Assembly: GCA_043228905.1 (NCBI GenBank)
Contig: JBHGNT010000018.1
Coordinates: forward strand, 2,852,001-2,916,000
Source: Azolla caroliniana
Lineage: Eukaryota; Plantae; Polypodiophyta
Length of the DNA stretch: 64,000 bases
Direction of reading: 5' to 3'
In this document: positions 1 to 12,000 of the stretch, one piece after another
How positions within the stretch are numbered: position 1 is the first letter of the stretch
Layout of the letters: every line of letters starts with the position of its first letter
Position numbers and translations under genes: made by a program
Notes under the pieces: generated by a model
The model's database searches: none
What the model saw: only the letters and a program-made list of their open reading frames with translations
Told to the model about the DNA's origin: nothing

Positions 1-753
1 TTATGCTGTAAATAACAAAACATTTTGGCATTGTGGAATCACGTTTTCTTGCTGGCTTCTACCATATACTACTCTAGAAAGAAAAGGAGGATGAAAGAAA
101 GATGTATATTAATTATCTCTAGGAGGCCAAAGTGGCCAATTAGACCCACGAAGAGGTTAGAACTGAAATGATGGGTTGGGCTATCTATGAGAACACCTAA
201 CAGCAATCAAAAGAAGTGAACACAATACTCAGACTAGAGATACATTGAACATATTCTTACCACATGTTTGTGGATCCCATGTGTAGAGGCATTAGATTAA
301 CATTGAGAACATATGTTCTGCGGCTTCTGTTATCATCAGTTTACAGCGAGAATCTGTATAATGGTACCGTATTAGTCTTAATGGATTTTTGTACAATGCA
401 ATGTTCTGGATTCTTCAACAGCCACGGTGATATATCACTGATTTCAGAGAGGGAGAGAGAGAGATTTGATACAACAATATAATAATATGTATGTAATGTG
501 TCACTTCAACAGATTCACATCCTTCCTGCATGTTGTGCGTCCTTTCGTCAAACACAATGGTGACTTGACAAGGCTCATTACTATTGGATTGACATTACAA
601 GAAACTAGCAGATATGGTACAAAATGACACAATGTCTACATCAAGCAAGTGAACAGTGGTATAAGGATCTAATAATAGTGGCAAGTAGTTTTTTTACCAG
701 AACATTTTAAGCAATCTACAGACATTGCCTCTTGAGGATCAAAGACAGTTGAC

Positions 754-3700
754 ATGGCAACTTATCTTCCACCTGGATCAAATGTCAAAGGAGATACTAT
801 GCAAACGCTCTATCTTATGAATCCGAGCTATGCTGGATATACTGATTCGCCAAATTCGGGAAACATGGTTCTTGTCGGATCAGCTTCAAATCCAGTGGGC
901 AACATTAGTCAAAATCATCAGCAACAGAGTTATATGGGCTTTTCGCTCCCTCCTCATGTGTCTCAGCAGTCTCACACGATGACAACCAACATGAGTCATC
1001 AAAATGTGTCCTCAGAGATGTTCACAAATTGTGGCAATAGCCAAGGATATAGTTGGAATGGTGGGAATGAATTAATGTTCATACCCTCTAGTGACATGAG
1101 GGAGGAGAATCAGTCTCTGGCAACCAGGCTGAGTTCAGTAACTCCATCTGGGCAACACTCTGCTTCTGGATTAAGGAATATTTCTCAAGAGTCTTTCCAG
1201 GATCAACAAGTGGCGTTCATTCCTAGTGGGATTACTCTGTCAGAGGGCATGCAAGCACCTTCAGGTGCTGGCCAGATCCTCTCTCTCTCTCTTTCTCCGC
1301 AACCGTCTATGATTATAAATCAGTTGCATCATCATCCCTTCCCTGTCCAACAGTCGGACTTGGGACTCAATAATGGTGCTGGTTTTGCTGATATGATGAC
1401 GGGCACAGAGGGCTACCCAGCTAAAGGGGAGAGAATGTATTCTAACCAATGGATGATGGCAGAGGGAGGTTTGAGCTCGTTGAGGATTTTTCCTAATGTT
1501 TTAGTCTCTAATTTCCAAGACCATCTCATTGGTAGCAGTGGCGGTGGTGCCATGGTGGCAAACAGTAGACACGTTAATGGTATGTTCTCAACCTCTTCCC
1601 CAAAAGCTGATATCTACAGTTCAAAGTATCTCAAATGTGCACAAGAGCTTCTCAATGAGGTGGTGAGTGTCGGAAAGGATGCAAAAGACAGCATAAATCC
1701 ATCATCAAAGGCACATTCTTGGGCCACGCCGACCTCTTACGAAACCACATCTTTTCAAGACAAAGACTCAGTAGAAACTAATGGGAAAGATGGAGTTGCT
1801 CCCATGGCTAGCTGGGTCACTGAAAAAGATGTAGTTCCTTGTGTCTCCGTTGTGGCTAACAATACTGTGGGAATTCCGAACCAGAATGTTGAACAAAACA
1901 TCGAACTTACAACAGCCGAAAAACAAGAGATTCAAATGAAGAAGTCAAAGCTTATGACCATGCTTGATGAGGTAAAATTATTCCTATACTTGTACATCAA
2001 ACTGATTATCAGTTATCTCTTAATTCTTTGTCTAGCAATAGATTCGTGTTACTAATGATGGGGAAAGGTTCATATGAAGTGAAAACCACCACAAAAGAAT
2101 GTTAATTTACTAGATGCCATGTGGACAATGTAGTGCTTACAAGCACTTATTTCTCAAAAAGAATGTTCTGTATGGGTAAATATGATGTTGAAATGCACTT
2201 GAAGAAAATCTGAAAGCTGTCCAGTACAAGCTCATGGTGTCAGTATTAAGAGAATCATATAGAGACGTTTTGTAGTATGGGCTCTAGTATCATGATATCG
2301 TTCAATAAAAGCAAGAGGTTCTCTATTACAAGATCGAGGGGAATGCATGTACTAAAAAGGTTGATGTCTGGGAGCTGAATCTTGTCTACTTATCCCTTGA
2401 TATGACCACTTCAAAGAACATACCAACTCATTTGAGTAGAGTGATCATATTTATATGTACAAAAAAATTATTTTGCTGAAAACACTTTTCATATTCATCA
2501 GGTTGACCAAAGATATAGACAATATCATCATCAAATGCAAACTGTGGTGACATTGTTCGAATCAACAGCGGGGTTTGGCGCTGCGCGGACATATACCGCG
2601 CTTGCTTTACAGACAATCTCGAAGCATTTCCGATGCCTCAAAGATGCAATCCAAGGTCAGATTCGTGCCACTTGTAAGGCATTAGGAGACGAGGAGGTAT
2701 GGGGAGGGCAAGGGAAGGGAGAGATATCAAGGTTACGCTTCATCGACCAACACTTGCGCCAACAACGTGCATTGCAACAGATAGGGATGATGCAACACCA
2801 CCCTTGGCGGCCGCAACGTGGTCTTCCTGAGCGTTCTGTTTCTGTTCTTAGGGCTTGGTTGTTTGAGCACTTCCTTCATCCGTAAGATTCTTTTGCTTTA
2901 TTTTTCTTTCTGTTATACATACATACATTCATACATACATACATACATACACACATGATATATATATTCATGCTTCCTCTTAAGGTTGGTTCCATGGTAA
3001 CTTTTGTTTTCAGGTATGCTTATTATATAGATGTGTATATGTGCTTGCGTTGTAGACATAGATGCATGTAAATTTTTTTTTCTTTAAGCTTTCTTTGTGA
3101 ATAGAGTCAAGGATTTGAATTAAGTGAACAAGTGGCTTAGTTAAATGAATGTTTGAGAGATCGTTTCTTGAGATGTGATTTTACTTCTTTATGTTTTCAA
3201 TTGAGATTAACATGATCCTATACTATGTAATCCAGATGAACTACAGGTTTTCATTGACAAAAATTAATGTTGGAATGGTTGTGTTTTCAGATAAGATGAA
3301 CTGAAAATTTTGAAACTTGATACAGGTATCCAAAGGATTCGGATAAAGTCCTTTTAGCAAGGCAGACTGGGCTCACCAGAAATCAGGTAAAATCCATAGG
3401 AATCATTGGTGGAAAATGGTATATACCAAAAGTAAAATAGTAAGAAATGCATAAAAAATAGTTAAAATGAAAAGCAAAAACTAAATTCCCAATACTTGCA
3501 AAATGCAAAATACGATAAGAGAGAATCCAAGAGATTGAACGCGAAAAGCAACAAGAGTTTGAATACAAAAGGCAGCAAGAGTTAAGACCATATATGGCAG
3601 CAAGGGTTATAATGTGAAAGGTAACAAGTGTTTGATTGCAAAAGGCAACAATAATTAGAATGAGAGAGGTAACAAGATTTGGAATGCGAAAAGCAGCAAG

Positions 3701-4828
3701 ACTTGGAATGTGAAAGCAGCAAGAATTTGAATAAGAAAAGTAACAAGAGTTTGAATGCAAAAAGCAATAAGAGTTTGAATGCAAAAACAATAAGAGTTTG
3801 AATCCAAAAGAGTGTAGTTTTTCTGTTTTATTTTATTACTGGTGATAATGCATCCATTTATTACATTGTAGGTCTCAAACTGGTTTATCAATGCACGAGT
3901 TCGACTGTGGAAGCCTATGGTAGAGGAGATGTATGCAGAAGAGATGAGAGAATCTACAGAAGGTATAGAAGATGCTGATAATAACCCAAGTCAAAGTGAT
4001 GGCGATGAGGGAGGAAGAAAAACTAATAAAAACAACTGTGCCATGCTTGATAGTTCTGGAAACAATGACCAGAACTCTTCCAAGTCATTGCTCCAAACAA
4101 CATTGGCAGATCCCAAGAGTGAAGAATTCCTTGATATAAAGAAGAACGTCTTTGAAGAAAACGGAGGAACATCAGATGTTGTGATGATGATACACCAAGG
4201 AAACAACAATATGAAGCCACCAGAGAGCTTCTTATTTAATGAGAAACAGATCATGGGGCAAGGAGCAAAGAAAGCTCGGAATGGTGACAGTAATAATACG
4301 TCATCATTCTTATCACCTAATTTGAGCTCTACTACAACTACTACAATGACTACTAGTAGCCATGGAGGTTATAAAGCTGACGATCTTCATAGCGCTGAAA
4401 TGCTCACAAAGCTAAGGACCGAAGATGAGAATACTACTACTAATAATAGGCATTTGGATATTGAATATGGTATGAATATGCCACAAGCTTCCATTCTCAA
4501 TGAAGACGACCGAGGTCTCCGAGGATATGGCGTGTTCCAGTTGAGCGGGTTAAGCCGATATCCAAATGAAGACCTTGCAACTGAAAATTATGCATTAACT
4601 AACAATGGGGTGTCTCTGACATTAGGTTTACAACATAGTGATGGGTTGTCATTGTCGGGGAGTCCACAACCGTATTTGCAAGGAGGGCATGGCCACATGG
4701 ATATGGTGATGAGAAGACAAGACGGTGTGTTGAATGCATCAAATTTTTATGGCATTCATGATGTGGCTACAGGGAACAATAGTGGGCAATGGCAGTTGCC
4801 ACGAGGAAGTTTCAACTCATCACGATAA
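754..4828 (+). CDS. BLH: BEL1-like (BELL/BLH) TALE homeodomain transcription factor, 4 exons, ~871 aa
   Basis: Exons 754-1971, 2502-2881, 3326-3386 and 3872-4828 with GT-AG introns join in frame. Motifs: SKY ([16 protein letters not shown]), BELL/POX ([24 protein letters not shown]...[16 protein letters not shown]), TALE homeodomain ([67 protein letters not shown]) and ZIBEL (VSLTLGL). Confidence 0.96.
3520..3810. repeat. Degenerate ~21-22 bp minisatellite in BEL1 intron 3
   Basis: Repeated AAAAGCAACAAGAGTTTGAATGC-like units; these explain the repetitive antisense ORFs 3383-3790, 3582-3767 and 3655-3891. Confidence 0.8.
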
Positions 4829-4925
4829 AAGTGATTAAAACCCGCAGGATCTATGACAATGAAATAAGACTTCCATATCCTAATCAATCATTTGGAGGTT
4901 CATTTAGTTTTTAAAAAACTAGACG

Positions 4926-5255
4926 CTAAACCCTAAACCTTAAATCCTTACTCCTGAACTCTTTTACCTCTCAAACCCTACTTTATCCTGAAATCCAAAA
5001 CTTTCTGCCATATATATGCCTCCAAAATCCTGAACCTCTGAACTTTTTGTATCATATAAGCCTGAATTTTGATGTATAAACCTGAAACCCAAAACCCAAA
5101 ATCCAAAACTCTTGAACCCAAAACCCAAAACCTACAACTTTATATCATATAGGCCTGGTTTATGAGGTAACCACAAAACTCAAAACCTTTCTCTTCCCAA
5201 CACTAAACCCTAAATATTATACATTGTGAGCTGAAATTATAAGGTAAACCCTATA
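4926..5255. repeat. Degenerate telomere-like (CCCTAAA/AAACCC) tract downstream of the BEL1 stop codon
   Basis: TAAACCCTAAACCTTAAATCCTTA, AAACCCAAAACCCAAAATCCAAAA and TAAACCCTAAA; also present inverted at ~10105-10405. Confidence 0.55.
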
Positions 5256-7718
5256 ATCTTCAAGCCTTTAAAAGCTCTTCAAAGATGAACATATATATTA
5301 GCATATTTAACATTTTGAGGCTTAGTTACACTAGCATTTTTAATGTCTAGCGTGTAGTATTAATACATAGAACATAAAATGTCATAGTTGATCATGAACA
5401 GGTTGTTATATAGAGTTTTGTAACAATGTAATTATACTTCCTTTCTCCCCTTCCAATTGATTAGACTCTTGACTCCAAAGTCATACCAATACATATATAT
5501 TAATACCATTTTGTCTTCACAACAGTTGGTTGTCAAGAAAGCGAGGATTCTCTCACGTCACATCTTTATCGATAAAAAAATTTGTCCATCATATAGATGT
5601 TCACTCAATCAAAAAGAGGGAGGAAAATCCCAAGTGCCAAGACTCCAGTGTACAGACTGTGAAATTTGTAACAATTATATTACTTCTAAGTTGAATGACC
5701 TTAGTATGTGTTTCTTCATTCTTTTTTTTATTTTTATTTTTTATGAGCTTGTGAGCTCTTTTTGTATATGTGAGGCTTCATGCCCCTTTTAACTACAAAT
5801 GGCCTTATATATTGATAATGGAAAAGGCACAGATTTTGAGATTATAAATAAACATCTTTCATGAAAATTGATTTTGCATTGAAAATGTCTAATTTGATTC
5901 GATTTTTTTGCATGTTTTTCGATTCATTTTCTTTTTGTAAGTAGCTGGAGATCGCGCAATATATTTTGGAATTTTATGGTTAAAAAATCCTGTTTAAATT
6001 AAGCTAACATATTCAGTTTAATTTACAGCTGCAGAAGAAGACAAATGTATTGCCAAGATTCAACAATTTTCTTGACCAAAGCATGACGGTCTAATGTATA
6101 ACATCAAAGGCTTGTTTTTATATGATATAAAAAAAACATCAGTGAATGAGAATTGTGGAATGCCAAGATCAAAATGTTAAAGCATTGAAATGCCATTAAC
6201 ATAGAAACTTTGAAATACCTCTGAATTATTCTTTACTGCCCAAATGCCCTTAATCAACCATGGAAGGAAAGAAAATGAGGATGAAATTAAGCATGTGTGA
6301 TCGATTAAAGAGGGGATGGATCGACTGTATAATTCCTCAAGATGGTGTTGATTAAGGGGATCTGGGGGAAATAAAGAAATATTTGGAGTTTATGAAGAAG
6401 CTTAAATTTTCTGTTGATTTGTTCGACCCAAAGCTCTTTGATTTGGATACCAACCAACCAAATAATGCAAGTAGCAATCGACAACAATTCAGTTCGGCCC
6501 AAACTGGTTTTGGGTGTCTCAAACTCAAACCATTAAAAAACGAACCTTGAAATCATTTTAATGCAACACTATTTAGGGTTGGAACCATTGAAACCTAAAC
6601 TGCGAAATAGATCCACAAACCTAGACCACTTAGTATCTTGTTTCTAAGGGGACAATTGACCACTTTCTATGTCTCTAAGGGGATAATTGACTGTATCTTG
6701 TTTTCACAGTTTGTAGTTTCTTCGTATAGAACTCTTCGAACTGAACTGAACCAAATCAACTATAGAGGAAGGTCTTAATACTTATCCCTCCTCTTTATAT
6801 CTTCTTTGACAATAATGTAAAGCATTTCGATTTCGTCCATATAAATGAGGGCTCGTTATACTTCTCATCATGTCAATCCTCATGAATTGGCCCATAATAC
6901 CATATTCGTCATGTGGAGAGAATCTAGAGAACATTAAAAAAATGATGTGACACTAGAAGTTTTGTATTAGATGTCGGCTTCTTGTTAGTTTCCAGAATGT
7001 ATATTGGTTTTAGTTGAACCAAACTATTTTTTATTGCTAAAATTCATGATGATTGTTTCGTAGACTAAGAGAACCTTTTGTTTACGGAAAAATTTGATTC
7101 TTGTGTTTCCTATTACAAGCCATCTTAATACACAAGATAAAGAGTTCTTGTGGGCAGTTGTTATTACAAGCCATCTTAATCAAGGATACAATTTTACAAC
7201 TAGATTCATAGTGGAGCAAACCATGAATGGAGGTACAACCACAGTCCACAAATGAAATAGTAACACTTTCATGTTCTTTCACAATACATACCCAAGGACT
7301 AAGTCAGGCTGTGGGTTTTCTGGACACTCGAAGAGAGGTTTAAGAACGTTGGAGGATTTTGGCATGCCATAAAACTTTTGGGTTTGTTTTATATCTGCCA
7401 AATCGGATGAGCGACATCGGAAAGGTATCGAAATCCCGGGCTGCACAAAATGTTGTGTGTACGGGCTAAAATCGATCGGCACATGCCTTAATTTAGTCAC
7501 GTTACATTGGGCGGACATGCAACCCATGGAGTCTCGGGGGATGGCCCGGCCGGTAGAAACTTGGCGTGGCCCATGGGCCATGGGTGTGTGTGTGTGTGAT
7601 CTGTTCTGGTCTCTTGGATTATGTATGTACATATGAATGAAATTATGAATGAATGATTACCCTCCACCGTTTCTCATTTCTAAGCCATATCTGCCTCTGA
7701 TTTTTCCTGTTTTTGGCA

Positions 7719-7743
7719 ATGGGTTGCTCGGGTTCCTCTCCAG
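7719..7743 (+). pseudogene. Orphan duplicate of ARA6/RABF1 exon 1 (MGCSGSSP) with dead splice donor
   Basis: ATGGGTTGCTCGGGTTCCTCTCCAG|ATAAA versus the functional ATGGGCTGCTCGGCTTCCTCTCCAG|GTAAA at 48247. Upstream 7590-7718 also matches ~48125-48246. Confidence 0.85.
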
Positions 7744-8440
7744 ATAAAAAAATATAAAGTTGAGCATGCATGTCTTATTTGAGCATATAAGTAATGGATA
7801 TAAAGTGTGGACCGAACTCATCAATGGCACTTCTAAAAGGGTAACAATGGCAAGTTTTTGAAATTGTCACTTTGCTAGTTAGTTAATACATTCGTTGACC
7901 ATTCAATTTCCACCAATACACTTTTTCCCTGTGTTTATGTTGTATGTGCATGTGCCCTTTAGCCACCGATGTTTTCATATTTGTATTCCATGCATACACA
8001 CTTGTCAACCATGTTTCTATGTTATTGTAGTTCCAATGTTCGTGTGCCCTTTGGGCATCAACAAATACCTCATCGACAATATCCTATTGTAAATTTGTAT
8101 TTTTGGAAAATGAACTATTTCTTTGCCCCTCAAGAACCATGTGAAATTGCCTCTTTATGTAAGAGTTTTGAGCATGCTTGTATTTTTACCCATGGCCATG
8201 AAAACATAAAACTAGAGTTGACATGGAGTTAAAGCATATCTATGAAAGTGGAAGGGAGTGTTGATGTCATGTTTTGTTTTGTTTTTTGGAACAAGTCGAA
8301 AGTCTTTCCTTAGAAAGTGTTCGTCTTGCCTACTAGGGGTTCAACATGTCTTCTTACCCATGTGGCGGTGACACCACTCAGTTGTCGTTCTAGTATTGTA
8401 GTGTTTTTTACACACATTTATTTATTACTATATGGAATGA

Positions 8441-8478
<38 letters not shown>

Positions 8479-8725
8479 CGTCCATCATAAGTTGAGCGAA
8501 TGTAGAGTTTGGTTACTAGTGAAGGTATTGAATGTATGACAACACAAATACCCAAAGTATGAGAGGGCACTTTGTAATGATGGACCAATATGACAATCTC
8601 ATCTTCAAATAGAGGTAATGCCAATGGCTTTAACACATTTCAAATGAGACATTTTTATTAAATAATGTATAATGATAGAGTAGGGGGCCCAATTGCGAAA
8701 ACCATTTGGTTTAGTTGTCTAAGTC

Positions 8726-8966
8726 CATAGCAATTTACTCGAATGCATTGGCAAACATTATTATTTCATGCGAATGCAAAACGAATGCGTATGTTATCAA
8801 AACAATTTTTTTAATTATGTTTTTTTACACTCTTTACCTTATATTTCTTACGGTATGTATTTTCATCTAATGAATACAAAAGTAGGGTATTTGTGTTTGC
8901 CATACTCGAATGGGTAAAACATTCGCGAATGCGAATGCGCGTATGGTACGTATGGTTCATACTATG
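8726..8966. mobile_element. MITE (hAT-like), same family as 47844-48082, just upstream of the FACKEL start codon
   Basis: CATAG...CTATG termini and internal similarity to 47844-48082 (GAATGCATTGGCAAACATT, AACGAATGCGTATGTT, CGTATGGTTCAYACTATG). No clean TSD at this copy. Confidence 0.65.
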
Positions 8967-8975
8967 GCCAAGATA

Positions 8976-9025
<50 letters not shown>

Positions 9026-9032
9026 ATCGGCC

Positions 9033-12000
9033 ATGGCGACGCTCGCAGATCTCTCCCAGCGTTGCCCTCTTCTTGCATTACCTTCGTGGTCCGCTGTAAG
9101 TCTTCATCTCTCTCTCTCTCTCTCGCTATTTCTTTTGTTTCTTGAATTTCAATGTGCTCTCTTTCTGTCTTTTGATTCATGACTTTCAATGTGCTCTCTC
9201 TCTGTCTTTTGATTCACTAGTTTCAATTTTCTCTCTCTCTCTCTCTCTATGTCTTATGATTCCTTAGTAAAGTGTTCGTCTTGCCTACTAGGGGTTCAAC
9301 ATGTCTTCTTACCCATGTGGCGGTGTCTATCATAAGTTGAGCGAATGTAGGATTTTTTGCCATAAACTTCCGTAAATATATTGCGCGATCTCCAGCTACT
9401 TACAAAAAGAAAATGAATCGAAAAACATGCAGAAACAATCGAAGCAAATTAGACATTTTCAATGCAAAATCAATTTTCACGAAAGATGTTTATTTATAAT
9501 CTGAAAATCTGTGCCTTTTCCATTATGAATATATAAGGCCATTTGTAGTTAAAAGGGGCATGAAGCCTCACATATACAAAAAGAGCTCACAAGCTCATAA
9601 AAAAAAAGGAATAAAATAATGAATGAAGAAACACATACTAAGGTCATTCAACTTAGAAGTAATATAATTGTTACAAATTCTCAGTCTGTACACTGGAGTC
9701 TTGGCATTTGGGATTTTCCTCCCTCTTTTTGATTGAGTGAACATCTATATGATGCATGCCATTTTTTATTGATAAGATGTGACGTGAGAGAATCCTCACT
9801 TTCTTGACAACCAACTGCTGTGAACTGATGATGAATGAAAGACAAGACAAAATGGTATAAATATATGTATTGGTATGACTTTGGAGTGAAGAGTCTAATC
9901 GATCGGAAGGGGAGAAAGGAAGTATAATTACATTGTTACAAAACTCTATATAACAACCTTTTCATGATCAATCTATGACATATTATGTTCTATGTATTAA
10001 TTCTACATGCTAGACATTAAAAATGCTATTGTAACTAAGCCTCAAAATGTTAAATATGCTAATATATATGTTCATCTTTGAAGAGTTTTTAAAGGCTTGA
10101 AGATTATAGGGTTTACCTTATAATTTCAGCTCACAATGTATAATATTTAGGGTTTAGGGTTGGGAAGAGAAAGGTTTTAAGTTTTGTGGTTACCTCATAA
10201 ACCATGCCTATATGATATAAAGTTTTAGGTTTTGGGTTTTGGGTTTCAGGTTTATACATCAAAATTCAGGCTTATATGATACAAAAAGTTCCGAGGTTCA
10301 GGATTTTGGAGACATATATATGGCAGAAAGTTTTGGATTTCAGGATAAAGTAGGGTTTGAGAGGTAAAAGAGTTCAGGAGTAAGGATTTAGGGTTTAGGG
10401 TTTAGCATCTAGTTTTTTAAAAACTAAATGAACCTCCAAATGATTGATTAGGATATGGGAGTCTTATTTCATTGTCATAGATCCTGAGGGTTTTAAGCTC
10501 TTTTATCTTGATGAGTTGAAACTTCCTCGTGGCAACTGACATTGCCCACTATTGTTCCCCGTAGCCACGTCATGAATGCCATAAAAATTCGATGCATTCA
10601 ACACACCGTCTTGTCTTCTCATCACCATATCCATGTGGCTATGCCCTCCTTGCAAATACGGTTGTGGACTCCCCGACAACGACAACCCATCACTATGTTG
10701 TAAACCTAATGTCAGAGACACCCCATTGTTGGTCAATGCATAATTTTCAGTTGCAAGACCTTCATTTGGATATCGGCTTAACCCACTCAACTGGAACACG
10801 CCATATCCTCGGAGCCCTCGGTCGTCTTCATTGAGAATAGAATCTTGTGGCATATTCATACCAGATTCAATATCCAAATGCCTATTAGTTGTAGTAGTAT
10901 ACTCATCTTCGGTCCTTACCTTCTGTAGATTCTCTCATCTCTTCTGCATACATCTCCTCTACCATAGGCTTCCACAGTCGAACACGTGCATTGATAAACC
11001 TGTTTTTTTATTCTTGAATTTCCATGTTCTCTCTCTCTCTCTCTCTTTTGATTCACTAGTTTCAATCTTCTCTCTCTCTATGTCTTATGATTCATTACTT
11101 ATAATGTTCCCCCCCCCCCCCCCCCCGTTTCTGCACAATACCAGGCTGTTATTCTTGTCTGCTACTTTTTTGTCGTTGCGCTTCTGGATCGTCTTCTTCC
11201 TGGACAAATCATCCCAGGATCTAGTCTTGTAGATAAGAGCAGAAAATATTACAAGTGCAATGGTTAGTACTTCTTTTTCTTTCCCTTTTTCTTCATACAT
11301 TTTTCTTTTCCATGGTGTAAGTGTGAGAATCATCGTATTATCTATCTATTCACATCAAAGATAACGGAAATGGAAGGTACATTGTGATGTTTTATGCAGA
11401 ACATGGAGGGGAGGATAGTAGATTTTTAGGTTGATTAACCGTAATTCTTTAATAAATCAGAATTCCCTATCTATGTGTCTGTGCATAAAACCAGATGTTT
11501 ATCTCGACACAAAAAACTAGAATTAAAAATAATTAAATTATATTCACTAGTTCACATCCAAAAAATTACTCATAGAAATCTCGACTAGTAGGTATTTGAT
11601 TAGTTGAAACATAGTGTTTTTCATAAACCTGTTTTTATAACGTTTTTTGGCCTTCTTCATGCTGGTTTCACTTGAATCCTGTTGGGTTCTTATTTTGAAT
11701 CCCCAAAAAACTTAACCACTTTAGGGTTCTAAGAGTGTCTATAGATAGGGGGGGAAAACCTCCTAAAGAGGGAAAAAATGCCTTTGTAGTCCTAAGTGTG
11801 TTCACACATTATTGTCCTAAATGTGTTCACACACATAACTATCCTAAGTGTGTTCACACATCACTGTCCTAAGTGTGTTCACACACATCACTGCCAAAAT
11901 ATGTCAACAAATCCCCCTTGGGAGTGATGCAGTAAACAAGGAGCTATGTGGATAAAGATGAATCCACAAATGGGATTAGGCCTAAAGCTTTGCGGAAAGC

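Noticed and set aside
1972-2055. Hydrophobic C-terminal tail of ORF 754-2055 as a transmembrane anchor
   Set aside because: It is read-through into intron 1 past the GAG|GTAAAA donor; the spliced frame continues at 2502.
3383-3891. Cys/Ser-rich antisense ORFs in BEL1 intron 3
   Set aside because: They are translations of a 21-22 bp minisatellite.
6305-7632. Short ORFs conserved between 6.3-7.6 kb and 46.3-47.8 kb as small genes
   Set aside because: The similarity is explained by the segmental duplication, frames are not consistently preserved and there are no protein motifs.
11109-11126. C18 homopolymer before FACKEL exon 2
   Set aside because: It lies in the polypyrimidine tract and there is no evidence for a further function; the PPPPPP ORF over it is spurious.
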